From: Octopus vulgaris
Taxonomy: Eukaryota
Assembly: GCA_951406725.2 (NCBI GenBank)
Contig: OX597817.1
Location: forward strand, 55,986,001 to 56,050,000
Length of the DNA: 64,000 nucleotides
Direction: 5' to 3'
Shown here: positions 48,301 to 61,650 of the stretch, piece after piece
Numbering within the stretch: position 1 is the first letter of the stretch
Layout of the letters: each line of letters opens with the position of its first letter
The notes under the pieces: generated by a model
Seen by the model: the letters and a program-made list of their open reading frames with translations, nothing else
Told to the model about the DNA's origin: nothing
Database searches by the model: none
Position numbers and translations under genes: made by a program

Positions 48301-48504
48301 ATTCGTATTGTTATCTTCATCGATGTTGTTTTCTCAACCGGGGTCCAAGAGACCCTTGAAGGTTCCATGTACGATCCTTTGGCGGGGGGTTCACAAGCTA
48401 AAAAGGAAACTAGAGAGCCACAGTGGTATTTTAAAGATCCATGGAACAATTTTGCTTTAGATATATCTATTACGAGGAACAACTGGGCTTCTTTCTCTAG
48501 GCGC

Positions 48505-48668
48505 ATGCGTGGCTGTGTGGTAAGTAGTTTGCTTACCAACCACATGATTCCGGGTTCAGTCCCACTGCGTGGCAACTTGGGCAAGTGTCTTCTACTATAG
48601 CCTCGGACCGACTAAAGGCGGTGCTCCATCATGGCTGCAGTCAAATGACTGAAACAAGTAAAAGAGTA
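48505..48668 (+). mobile_element. Family A SINE with the central region deleted
   Basis: Head joined directly to gactaaaggcggtgctccatcatggctgcagtcaaatgactgaaacaag. Confidence 0.85.
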
Positions 48669-48870
48669 ACGTTTTACGAAGTTCATTGAATTTCCTGTCA
48701 AAAGAACGTGTCCCCTCGCGGAATTCTATTGCGGGCCTATACAAATGAATGGATAAATAACAAAATAGGAATTTTGAAAGAAATATCTATAAAACTTACG
48801 GAGATGTACTTGCATAGCGAGTGACCTTATCTGAGATCGTGTGCTGGAACGAAAACAATTGCAGCATGGA

Positions 48871-49060
48871 AGGTGTTTATAAGCCATTTGAAAACACACA
48901 AGAACCATTGAATTCACTGACAAAATTCCGTGCTGCACGAAATTTTGTCAAGTGAACAGGTCACGGTCTGAAAGCGACAGAAATATTTTGGCAAAATAAA
49001 TTTAAATGTTGAAGTGAATCTAACGGTTTCTGTGTATATTTAAATGGTTTATAAAAATCT
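48871..49060. repeat. Imperfect inverted repeat (MITE-like)
   Basis: tttataagccattt..acaca..aacc.tt.aattcact versus agtgaatctaacggtttctgtgtatatttaaatggtttataaa. Confidence 0.6.
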
Positions 49061-49782
49061 ATAAAACTATTTTTTAAGTATCGAATGGCTAGGCCATCAA
49101 AGGGGCCCATAGATCCTTGAAGATCCGTTGTTTTTAGGGTCTAATATTTAGACAACCAAAGTCAATTCTGATCAGAAAAATTGATGATCAAAGAGACGAT
49201 CCTTCATTATGTAAAAAAAATGTCACCATCGTCGTCGTCATCAACATTACCATCATCATCATCATCATCATCAACATCATCCGCATCACAGCTACTACAA
49301 CCACTTGTCCCATAATTGCCATACTTTCAGCCGAACCATATCACAACCACCACCACCATCACTACTACCACAACCATCGTGCTACCTACCACTTGCAACT
49401 CGTTACCATCGTACCAGCGCCAAAACTATGTTACCGCCAACATTTTAGCTATACAAGTATTACCACCAGAAAGTCATCATGCTACCGTTAATACCACAGC
49501 CTTTACTACTAATGAGCCGGCGAAGGAGTTTCTGCATAGTCACTCGATTTGCTAGAAATAGCAGCCGGATTAATTCAAATCAGACTATAATGTTTCATCG
49601 CAGGAAGGACAGGTTGAATAATGCCCTGGTCTCTCTGAAGATAGCAGATAGACGACTGGTGGTGGTGGTGGGGTTAGGTTGCAGTTGAAATGCCTTTGAT
49701 CATAGGTCTGCTTGATTGGGAGGCGCGACCTGGGGCTAAATTAGAAAAACAACAACAAAGCATCGTATCACCTAATCGTTAC

Positions 49783-49828
49783 TACCACCATCACCATCGC
49801 TATTATCCTCATCACCATCATCACCACC

Positions 49829-49860
<32 letters not shown>

Positions 49861-49903
49861 CATCATCATCACCACCACCACCATCATCATCACCATCATC
49901 ACC

Positions 49904-49935
<32 letters not shown>

Positions 49936-49987
49936 CATCATCATCACCACCACCACCATCATCATCACCATTATCATCACCATCATC

Positions 49988-50019
<32 letters not shown>

Positions 50020-50275
50020 CATCATCATCACCATCATCATCATTATCAGCACCATCATCATCACCGTCATCACCATCATCATCATTATCAGCATCATCAT
50101 CATCACCGTCATCATCACCATCATCATCATTATCATCATCATCATCGTCATCATCACATCATCATCACCACCAACATCATGACCATCATCATCATCACCA
50201 TCAATATCAGCCGCAGCATCATCATCATCATCATCACCACCATCATCACCATCAACATCATCATCATCACCACCA
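49783..50275. repeat. (CAT/CAC)n compound trinucleotide repeat
   Basis: Direct reading. Confidence 0.93.
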
Positions 50276-50617
50276 TCTTACCATTGTTATTTCCAGCTTA
50301 TCTCCCAGATCTCGCTTTATCTTCTCTTTTCGTCGTCGTCGTCGTCGTTCTCGTCGGAGATGTTTATTTATTCATGACTTCAGCTCCTGTCAAAGCTGCT
50401 GCAGGTGCTGCCGGTGCTGCAGGTGCAACTGCAGATGCTGCTAGTGCTGTTACTATAAGTGCTGCTGCACTCAGTTGGCAGCGTTATTGCTGCTGTTGAC
50501 TGAGAATGCTGACGCTGCTGCTACTACTACTACTGCTGCTGCTGCCTGCCCTCTTGTAAGTGCTGCTGCACCTGGCAATGTTAATACTGCTGCTACTGCT
50601 GCTGTTGCTGTTGTTGC

Positions 50618-50648
<31 letters not shown>

Positions 50649-51764
50649 CCTGCTGCGACTGCTTGACGTTTTGTGGTGTCTGAAGGAAGGCAGATGAGGT
50701 GCGGCGAGGAATAATAATGTCTTTGACTGGTGGCAATAGAATTTTGTTCTTGCTAATGGAGAGGGCGCTAGTGGTAGTGGTGGTTTTGGTGTGGTGGTCG
50801 TGGTGGTGGTCGTGGTGGTGGAGCGTATCACTGTCTACTGTTTCATTCCTCCCAACTTTTACTCTCTCTCCTACTGTCTCTTTTCTCTCTCACTCTCTCT
50901 CTCTCATTCTCCCACTCACACTCTGTCATTCCTCCCACTACTACCACCACCAAACTTAGGTCTTGTTTCTTTCATTTTTCTTCCACATCTCCTGCGACAG
51001 ATCCGGCACGATCGACCCCCCCCCCCGCAACCCTCTAACATCGCCACCATTACCACCACCATCGCCCTGTCTCTAACTCCAAGAAATAATGAACGGTAAC
51101 GAATGATCCTCTATTAGGTCACTATGTTTGCGAGATATAGCAGCTAATCTCTCGTAAATATCATCACACTATTATAAAATGAAAGGCAGGGCATATTAAA
51201 TAATGTAGACTAAGTTATACTATATTTGACAATAAAGACGAGATGGTCATAACTGGAATTCCTCACATTGTATGCTTGCTCACTTGGGGCTAGCCTTGCG
51301 CTAAACAACAATAAAACCAAGCCCAGTCCTATTGTTTCATTGGAAAATAGAGTTTAAATTGGTTTAAGAATTAGCCCTTATGGTAATTTTCTTCAACTCG
51401 AAGGCGCTGGAAACGTGGTAAGAACCTGGAATCAAGATGAGATATCTTGTGTTGTGTATCCATTAGTAGACGTATGTTAGCGAATATATAATGCGATGTG
51501 TTATTGTTTTGTGTATATCAAATACGAAGTTTATCAGATCAAGTGAGCAACCGTGATATTACATACAGGGATGGGTAAAGGTAGGCACAGTTGCATGAAG
51601 ATCAAGCATTTACTAAAAGTCCCCAGAAATCAAAAAAGAGGGCTTCCAATCAACAAGGTACCTCTCACAGATCCCTTAGTCGACATAAGAATCACTTAGG
51701 TTTAAAACAGTAACTGGATAAATGAAAATGACATTCCACTTATATTAAGCAAATCTGTTTTTTA

Positions 51765-51920
51765 TTCTCTCACTTGTTTCAATCATTTGACTGCGGCCAT
51801 ACTGGAGCATTGCCTTTAGTCGAACAAATCTACACTTTGTAAGCCTAGTACTTATTCAATCGGACCCTTTTGCCGAACCACTAAGTTACGGAACAAGCTT
51901 CATACCTCACAGCCACTCTT
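51765..51920 (-). mobile_element. Family A SINE, internally deleted
   Basis: Tail followed by a head remnant (cacagccac). Confidence 0.78.
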
Positions 51921-52259
51921 AAGCCTATATCTTTTTTGCTCATTCGTGCATATTTATCAAGGTGGTATATATTTAAATATTGTATACAGACCCAAATCAA
52001 AAATACGCGGCAAAGTTGTAGGGACATCAGGGTCATAATATGAGTGTTAACTGATGGACGAAATCATTGAGGGGCGGAATGATATATTTATGGAAACTAA
52101 AAGTTGAGTAGTAAAAGCGTATTTTAAATATTAAAACGTTTTAAACATTCAATATCATAAAATAGTTTAAGAGGATCTTGTCTTCGGTAAATATCTAGAC
52201 GAACGATAGATTCATGAATTGAGGTCCGTCGTTATGAAGTTCATTACATATATATATGT

Positions 52260-52415
52260 CTTAATAACTGACGAGATGCCGGGGCAGATTTCCGTCCCGA
52301 TATCCGAAACTCGGAGTTTATTATGGCAACTGAATAATTGTCACATATTGTATTACAGATAAATTCCTCTATTTACATAACATCAAGGTCTCATTCGTTC
52401 TTTTGTTGCCATAAT
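52260..52415 (+). mobile_element. Penelope-like fragment with hammerhead-like motif
   Basis: taataa|CTGACGA|gatgccgggg..tcccgatatc|cGAAACtcggagtt|tatta. Confidence 0.6.
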
Positions 52416-52421
52416 ATTACT

Positions 52422-52485
<64 letters not shown>

Positions 52486-52869
52486 TAATTAATGTGTGTG
52501 TGTGTAATAACAATAATCCTTGGATGGAATTTATAAACATTTAATGCATCGCTACGCGCGTTTCCACAAATTACGTGGCTCTTAAGATCATAGTCCATAT
52601 TCCTAGGATGATTACCGTGTAGTTCGTAGTATCCGCGGCATCCGGTTTGGTCATCATCATTGGTTCATTCCTTTAGGCAATATAACATTCGTTGATCTAC
52701 AACAAAGGGATGCTCATCCCCTTTTACCACCATGAAGTTCAAGCGAGTCCTGTGGGTATTTGCACATTCAAAACGTTTCCCATAAATAAAATTAAAAAGA
52801 TATATATAAAGAACTTATTCTTCACCCATTCCCTTCCAGTCATTTCAATGTGTGACCGTACGTGTATCG

Positions 52870-53035
52870 TTGGCGATTTTCTTTCTCCGTCTTCCCTTCA
52901 TTGAACTTTCTCTATATTTCTGATGAAGAGCTCCTCTTTCTTTTCCTTCCTTTCCTGAGCGTTCAATAACACTGTACTTCTTCCACCTCCTCGGGTTGTT
53001 GCTCTTTTTCTTGCTTGTTCATGCATTGATTGACT
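52870..53035 (+). mobile_element. Possible Penelope-like pseudo-LTR remnant ending in (TA)n
   Basis: ctgatgaagagctc (half hammerhead core), then ttcctgagcgttcaataacac resembling 29698-29720. Confidence 0.35.
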
Positions 53036-53066
53036 ATATATATATATTATATATATATATATATAT

Positions 53067-53520
53067 AGGCGAAGGAGTGACTGTGTGGTATGTGGCTTGC
53101 TTATCAACCACATAGTTCCACGTGGCACCTTGGGCAAGTGTCTTCTATTATAGCCTCAGGCTGACCAAAGCCTTGTGAGTGGATTTGTATATATATATAT
53201 ATATGTATGTATGTACGTTTGTATGTATGTATGTATGTATGTATGTATGTATGTATGTATGTATGTATGTATGTATGTATGTATGTATGTATGTATGTAT
53301 GTATGTATGTATGTGTACATATGTTCGTGTGTCTGTGCTTGCCCCTCCAACATCGCTTGACAACAGATGCTGGTGTGTTTACGTCCCCGTAACTTAGTGG
53401 TTCGGCAAAAGAGCCGATATGATAGGTACTAGGCTTGCAAAGACTAAGTCCTGGGTTTGATTTGCTCGACTACAGTATGGCCGCAGTCACATGATTGAAA
53501 CGTGTAAAAGAATGAAAGAA
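53067..53520 (+). mobile_element. Family A SINE with expanded internal (GTAT)n
   Basis: Head at 53067, ccttgggcaagtgtcttct, tail ggccgcagtcacatgattgaaac. Confidence 0.85.
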
Positions 53521-55019
53521 TATGTATATATACATATATATATACACACACATGCATATGTATATATCTGTGTGCGTGTGTGTGCGTAGATGCAAATATA
53601 TTTCGCAATATATTTCGCGTGATGAAGAATTTCGCATCGCTTCGGAACTCACATGGTTGCACCTGAAGATCTAGAATTATTTATTGGGTGCTAGACGGCC
53701 TGAAACGCGAAAATTCTAGTTTGTTTGGATGAGAGAAAATATAAAACCCCGTAGTAGATTCGAACCTGTGATGAATTTGAGGGAAAATAACAATGGTTAG
53801 TAATGTTATAATGCCCTTTTTTTCTTCGTCAGTAAGGGAGACAACAATGGTTATGTTTTTGTAGTATTCTGACTTCATCAGTTAAAAAGAAATAGTCATC
53901 ACTGTACTCGTCAAAATGGAAGAATCAGTAAGTAATTTTAGAAGAATGGGTGCATATTGATGGGTGTAAGAATACAGAATTGTCTGGAGATTAAATGATT
54001 TAAGAAATGCCGACAGAAAGATAGACAGATAGACGGATAGACAGACAGACAAGTTCATAGATGCAGAAACAGACTTGCATTATTTAGACACACGTGCACA
54101 GGGAATCACACAGACACTCATACATACACACACACACAAACACATACATACATAAATACATACATACATACATACATACATACATACATACATACATACA
54201 GACGGACAGACAGACAGACAGTCAGACAGACAAACAGACAGTCAGACAGGCAGAAGTAGAAAGAAACAACAAGACATGGCAGGTAGAAAAATAAGGAAAC
54301 AGGATATAGAAGAGAACACAGGGGAAAGTAGATAGGGAACAGAGAACAGGGAACAGGGAACAGGGGACAGGGGGCAGGGGACAGTATTGGACAGAAGACA
54401 GGGTTGGACAGAGAAAAAAAAGAGGGGTTGGAAAGAGGGAGTTGACTCGGTAGGCAGAGCGAATGTGGAGAAAGACGATTGCGAAATTCCATGATGGAGG
54501 AGAAAAGTTCAATGGAGAATATTTGAGAAATGTCGATGAATTTACGAATGAAAAAAAGGTTCGTGCCGGGAGAGTTTGTAGCCTTCAACGTATGAATGTA
54601 AGATTAATTGAATGATGGAATGAGAATATTATAGAATAAAGGAATGAAGGAAAACTCAAGCTCAGCCGATTCTGGAGTTTCCTTATGTTTCTACGAATAT
54701 CTCTCGCGCATTTCTGTCTTTTCTCTTTGCATTCTCTCTTTCTCTCTATCTTTCTATTCTTGCCTTCATCTTCTATCTCTCTCTCTCGCCTTTCTTTTCT
54801 GTCCAACTTTACCCTCTGACCACCTCCGCTTCGTGTCTCTTGTTATCTGGATCCAATATCCCTCCCTCCGTGTCACCTCCGTCTTCTGTCTACCCTCAGT
54901 CGCGCGTTTTTTATTCTTTTCACGTGTCGCGTTTCCTCTAGTCTCCTCTACTTCTTTCTATCCATCTGTCTTTCACTATATCTATCTGTCCGACTGTCTA
55001 TTTGTCTCTTTATTTATCC

Positions 55020-55063
55020 ATTTATCTATCTATCTATTTGTCTATCTGTATGTCTTCTGTCAG

Positions 55064-55138
<75 letters not shown>

Positions 55139-55189
55139 GTCTGTCCGTCTATCTAACTATTTATGTATGTATCTATGTATGTATGTATG

Positions 55190-55238
<49 letters not shown>

Positions 55239-55301
55239 GTCTGTCTGTCCGTCTATCTAACTATTTATGTATGTATGTATGTATGTATGTATGTATGTAT
55301 G

Positions 55302-55338
<37 letters not shown>

Positions 55339-55351
55339 GTCTTTCTGTCTG

Positions 55352-55413
<62 letters not shown>

Positions 55414-55460
55414 AGTTTGTTTGTCTGTCTTTCTATCTATCTACCTAACCCTCTGCCTAT
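55020..55460. repeat. (TATC)n/(TATG)n compound microsatellite
   Basis: Direct reading. Confidence 0.92.
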
Positions 55461-56919
55461 CCAATAATTTATCTATCTTTATATATCTATCTCTCGGTCT
55501 TTCTCTCTCTCTCTCTTTCTCTTTCTCTTTCTCTTTCTTTCTTTCTTTCTGTCTGTCTGTCTGTCTCTCCTTCGTTCTCCGTCCTCTCTCTCTCTCTCTC
55601 TCTTTATCTCAAAAAGAAAAAAAAATCATAATTCGAGACAGCAAATGATGGCGACATTAATGATGCTGGTTATTCTGATTTATATGCTTAAGATTATGGC
55701 GTTGGTGATGACAGTTATTATGATGATGACGGATGGCAGTGGTGGTGGTGGTAGACGAAAGTAAGAGTGGAGTTGTGTGTGTGTGTGTGTGTGTGTGCAA
55801 GGTGTGTAGGGGTGGGATAAAACACGAGGTTAGGGAGTGCATTTGTTTGTATAGATTGCTTTTGTCGGCTGGTAAACGGGTAGCGGGTGGTGGGGCGCTA
55901 GTAGTCGTGGTCGTAGTGGAGGTGGTGATGGTGTTGCTGCTGCTGGTACTTGTGGTGGTGGTGATAGTGGTGGTAGTAGTGATGGTGGTGGAGAATTTAG
56001 TAATGGAGAGTTGGCTGGCGGGCTGGTGCAGCAATTGTACATCAGCAGAGATGGTGGGGTGGAGGGGTTTGATGTAAACATAATACAGTGAGTAAGTGGT
56101 GGGATGGGGTGGAATGTAAATGTAGGAGTAAATGGAGGGGTGGAATAAGGGTGGCAATCTAAAGAAAGTGGTATTGTTTGGTGCGGTTTGGTGGGCGTGA
56201 GTAGGGCAATTGTTGTGATGGGATTGGTGGTGGCGGTGGTGGTCGTGGTGGGAGATAGCGGTGGTAGTGTCAATGACAGCCATGATGATGATGAGGGTGA
56301 CGATGATGTTGTTGATTGTTGTGATGCTGGTAGAAATATGGCGAGTTTGGGTTGTGGTGGGGAGACAATGTCAATGGGGTTAAAAGTATCGGTAACCTTA
56401 ATAGTTTGCGGTGAAGAAGGAGAGAAAGAAGAAAGGGAGAACGGAGGGATTCGTCGCCGGTGATGTAAATGTGTGTGTGTCTATATATATATACACGCAC
56501 ACATACATACATTGATAGATACATAGAGAGATAGAGATATAGGGATATATAGATATACATACAAATATATATACATACATATATATATGCATATTTTATG
56601 TATATATATATATATATACATGTACATATATATATATACATATATATCCTCAATGTTTATAGTTACATATATAAGTATAGGTATATATATATAATATATA
56701 TATACATATATTTATATATATATATATGCATATATATATATACATATACACTGACCAACAACCAACCAACACTGTACATATATATATATATATGTATGTA
56801 TATATATACATATACAACTATACATATATACATACATACATATATATGTATATGCATGTATGTATATATGTATGTATGTATGTAAGTATATACTTACAAA
56901 TATATATATCTTTGCATGT

Positions 56920-57306
56920 ATCTTTTACTTGTTTCGGTCATTAGAGTGTGGCCATGCTGGGGGACTGCTTTGAAGAATTTTTAGTTGAATGAATCGACGC
57001 CTCGTACTCTTATTCTACCCTGATAGTTTTTCTATCTCTTATTTTTGTCAAACTGCTAAGTTACGAGGACGTAAACACAGCAACACCGGTGGTCAAGCGT
57101 TGTTGGGGGACAAACACGCACATCGACACACACGCCAACACACTCATCTACAATGGGCATCTTTCACTTTCCAAGTACCAAATACACTGACAAAGCTTTG
57201 GTTTGCCCGAGACTAGTAGTGGACACTTTTTCGAGCTGCCATACAGTGAGACCGAACACGAAACCACATGGCTATGAAGCAAGCTTCTTACCACACAACC
57301 ACTCCT
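56920..57306 (-). mobile_element. Family A SINE, older copy
   Basis: cttgtttcggtcatt..gtggccatgctgg...cttaccacacaaccactcc. Confidence 0.78.
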
Positions 57307-57337
57307 ACATACATACATACATACATACATACATACA

Positions 57338-57369
<32 letters not shown>

Positions 57370-57664
57370 CAGGCAAGTTGACTGGTCGTTCCTCCGTACC
57401 CAGAGACAAAACTCAGAGTAGCAGGAAAGCGACTCGACCAAAATATATTATCGAACTTTCGTATGGTATCACGTACTCCTTCTTCCGACAATCAACACTA
57501 AACTTACGGAATTATCCCTTCTCCACTCTTCCAATGACGTTGACGAGTTGTTAAGAGTGTACCAGTAATACACTGCGGTATACGGCAGGCATGGCTATAT
57601 ATTCCATCAACTATGATTCTTTCGAAGATTGCAAGAGGCTGCGTATATTGGACGTATTATTAAT

Positions 57665-57858
<194 letters not shown>

Positions 57859-58066
57859 TGTAAGTCTTGCAAGTAAACTTTGGGTTGTGACTTGGTCTTC
57901 TTTCTGAAAATTAAGACGAGATATTAGACAATCCAGTTCTAGATATTCAGGAAATGTCGAGAGGGTCACATGCAGCAATTTCTTTGATCATAAGCTACTC
58001 GCTGTATCTGAGCAGTAAACAACAGCAGCATCACCATCAACATAATCTCCGTCATCCTCATCATAC

Positions 58067-58098
<32 letters not shown>

Positions 58099-58315
58099 TC
58101 AATGATCAGCATCATCATCAAATCCATTGTCTATTTTTATTTTTATTTTATATTATTTGTTGATGTATTTTTTTGTTGTTTTCCTTGATACTTCAGCGGA
58201 AACAACATTAGAAAGGGAAAAAAGTAGGGGAAAAAATAAGAAAAAACATTAAAAAATGCAGATGGAAAGAAAAGCCTTTCACAAAACAAAACGCTTCGCC
58301 CCACACAAACTATAT

Positions 58316-58403
<88 letters not shown>

Positions 58404-58865
58404 GTAGAAGGTTGAAATGAAACATATATATACACCCACATATATATATATATACATCTATATATATATACATCTATATATATGTGTGTGTGTGTGTCTG
58501 TGTGTATATGTATATGCATATATACATGCGCCTGCATGTATAAAAGGGAACGTCTGCGCGGTGGTAGGGATGAAATCATCCACCCACGCATGATGATGCG
58601 AATGCATTCATTTGTTGTCTGACGAATGTGCAATTATGTCGGTGCAGCTTATAGAACGCCATTGAAAAAGACAATCAGTCCGTCTCTGTCCTACATAACA
58701 TCCTATAATGAGAAGCGCCACTGTCCCACCCCGCCAAGCCCCGAACCACCAGCCACACCTCCGAGAACCACTGTCTCAGCCATTCTAAATATTACCATGA
58801 ACTAGTTTTTTTATTTCTTTTGTCCCCCCTCTTCAATGTTGATTTTATTCATTTTTCATCTTTAC

Positions 58866-58922
<57 letters not shown>

Positions 58923-59287
58923 TTTGTTAAGGCATATGTCAAGGTTGTTATTCAGTTCCCCTTTTCTTCAAATACAAAACATTATCGGTTGGCGTGCCCA
59001 CATAATTGCGCTCGCATATATTTCCACGCACACTCAAACACACATGCATGCACGCACACACACATGTACTCACATACGCACACATACACACACGCTGACG
59101 CTCATAATCTTAGGGAACATACACGCAAGGTCACGTGCACTACGCAAATGCTAGCGCAAATATTCAAATAAGTGATTGTCTTTTCCTTTCTCTTACTCCT
59201 CCTCTCATTCTTCTTCTTCTTCTTCTTCTTCTTCTTCTTCTTCTTCTTCTTCTTCTTCTTCTTCTTCTGCTTCTTCTTGTCATTATT

Positions 59288-59384
<97 letters not shown>

Positions 59385-59385
59385 G

Positions 59386-59686
59386 ACGTCGCACAGTATA
59401 CAACATCGTGAGTTTGTTGACTGAAAATGTTGTGTCTGCTTAGGGGTTTGTACTCTTTGTCAAGTCACACCAAGGACCTCAGACAGAAAATACTTTACGC
59501 AATATGCGTCCAGTTCCAAGTAATACCGACTTTTGCAATACATCTAGATTGTGGTGTATCTCTAAGGTTTTCAGATATGTTTCAGCTCGGGTGGTATTGA
59601 ACCCAATGCTCCGATGACAATAGGGATAACTTTTATGTTCGACTCTCGCAGCTGACACATCGTAGCGATCTCAATTCCCAGGACTC

Positions 59687-59688
<2 letters not shown>
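59386..59688 (-). mobile_element. Second R4/Dong-type family, extreme 3' fragment, in (TAA)n
   Basis: Minus strand encodes IKVIPIVIGALGSIP.. and LQKSVLLGTGRILRKV. (ATT)n on both sides at 59319-59385 and 59689-59780. Confidence 0.8.
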
Positions 59689-59782
<94 letters not shown>

Positions 59783-60241
59783 AAACTGAGGGTGGAGATG
59801 GAATTTGTGAAAAGATAAGTGATTGGGATAAGAACGGGCAGAATGAATGGCCCTGCTATAAGTAAGCGCCTGTAGATTGGAGAGCAGGAGAAAGGGCTCG
59901 CACCTTTGGTGGTTAGTGTAATCTTGGATTTGTAGGGTTCCATAATTGGCCCTAATTGGAGTCAACCCCTGTATCAGAACTGCATCATTCATATTATTAC
60001 ATACATTTTATGTTTATTGTATCGCATTTCACTGTCCTTTTCATTTCTCCCCCCCACCCTCCAGTCTTTATGTAAATCCCTACACAAATTGTTGTTTGTC
60101 CTTTAGATGTTCTCTTCATCTATGCCCCTCAGGCTGCTACAACTACTACTACCATTGCTACTACTGCTACTATTACTACTAATAGTAGCTGCTACTATTG
60201 TTGCTATGTTGTGTTGGGAAGGAGATAGTAAATAATATATA

Positions 60242-60460
60242 TATTTCTTTATTGCCCACAAGGGGACAAACAAGGACAGACAAAGGGATTAAGTCGATTA
60301 CATCGACCCCAGTGCGTAACTGGTACTTAATTTATCGACCCGCCGAAAGGATGAAAGGCAAAGTCGACCTCGGCGGAATTTGAACTCACAACGTAACGGC
60401 ATACGAAATACCGCTAAGCATTTCGCCCGACGTGCTAACGTTTCTGCCAGCTCACCGCCT
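60242..60460 (-). mobile_element. Family B SINE with long TSD
   Basis: aggagatagtaaataatatata duplicated on both sides. Confidence 0.9.
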
Positions 60461-61009
60461 TCAGGAGATAGTAAATAATATATAATCGAAACGTGCGACG
60501 AAACAAGAGACGATGTTAGTATCTGAAGATTAGATTTTTCGAAGGTCTCCCGTTTTCTGCTTCCGAAGAGCAATTGCTGATGGAGTGGAAGGGCTAAAAG
60601 GGACAACAGGAGAATCAGTCCTTCTAAGAGAGAACAATACGTCTGCTCGCTGGAGTATGTAATTGCGTGGGTCGTTTTGCGTATAGCATTTCTTCTTAAT
60701 GAACATTATGTTGATTGTAGCAACATGTCAGATAGGCGTGCGGTGCTTTAATAATCGGTTGCATTTGTGTTTCGGTAGAGTACTCTTATCAAGGCTAAAG
60801 AAGATATGATGCCATTATGGCATTGTGGTTCTCTGTATAAGAGAGATCGGCAGGTTCTTCAATTCTGTGGGAAAGAGTAAGCGCAAAACGGTAGTTACAA
60901 AAATAATTGATGTGTGTCTGTTGTGTCTGAGGAGAGTCATTCTCTTTTAGTGCCTTATAATTTAACACACTCACCGGTAAAATTTCCACTTATTTCTTGT
61001 GCGTATGTA

Positions 61010-61220
61010 TACGTATCTTTGTGTCTGTGTTTCTCCACCGCTTGACAACCGGCGTCGGAGTATTTACGTCTCCGTACCTTATCGGTTTGGCACAGGAGAC
61101 GATAGAATGAGTACCAGGCTCTAAGAGAAACAAACTATACTGGAGTCGATTCACTGGTCTGAAAATTCTTGAAGACATTGCTCTAGCATGGCCGCAGTCT
61201 GGAACAAGTAAGAGATAAAA
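61010..61220 (+). mobile_element. Family A SINE, 3' half
   Basis: cgcttgacaaccgg...gagtcgattc...ctagcatggccgcagtc. Confidence 0.75.
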
Positions 61221-61299
61221 GATATATATATATACATACATACATACATACATACATACACAGACATACACACACAGACATATACACACACACATATAT

Positions 61300-61485
61300 A
61301 GTTGGAATTTACAAAAAACAAAACAAAAGACGAAGACGGGTGTGTAAACAACAAACAGATGTATTAGTTTAACGTTCGGGAATTGAGAAAGTCTTTTACA
61401 TTTCGAGCCTACGCTCTTTGCCAGAAAGGAACACAGAAATAAACAGGGAGAGAAAATGAAAAAAAGGTTTATTAGCTAGCGATAC
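61300..61485 (-). mobile_element. Second copy of the 29595-29772 Penelope-like fragment
   Basis: Reverse complement gagcgtaggctcgaaatgtaaaagacttt...cgttaaactaatacatctgtttgttgt. Confidence 0.7.
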
Positions 61486-61650
61486 CCATATATATATACA
61501 TATATACATACATGGATTGTAAAAGTACTCATAATCCAACAAGAGTCAAGGGAGATAACAGTAACATCACACAAACATCTTTGGTGGAGATAATCAAGTG
61601 TTTCACGTATCAACAGACATACGACTGAGTCTCAAATATGTAATCTAGAG

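Noticed and set aside
49690-50499. 269-aa poly-His ORF
   Set aside because: (CAT/CAC)n microsatellite with no domain or splice evidence.
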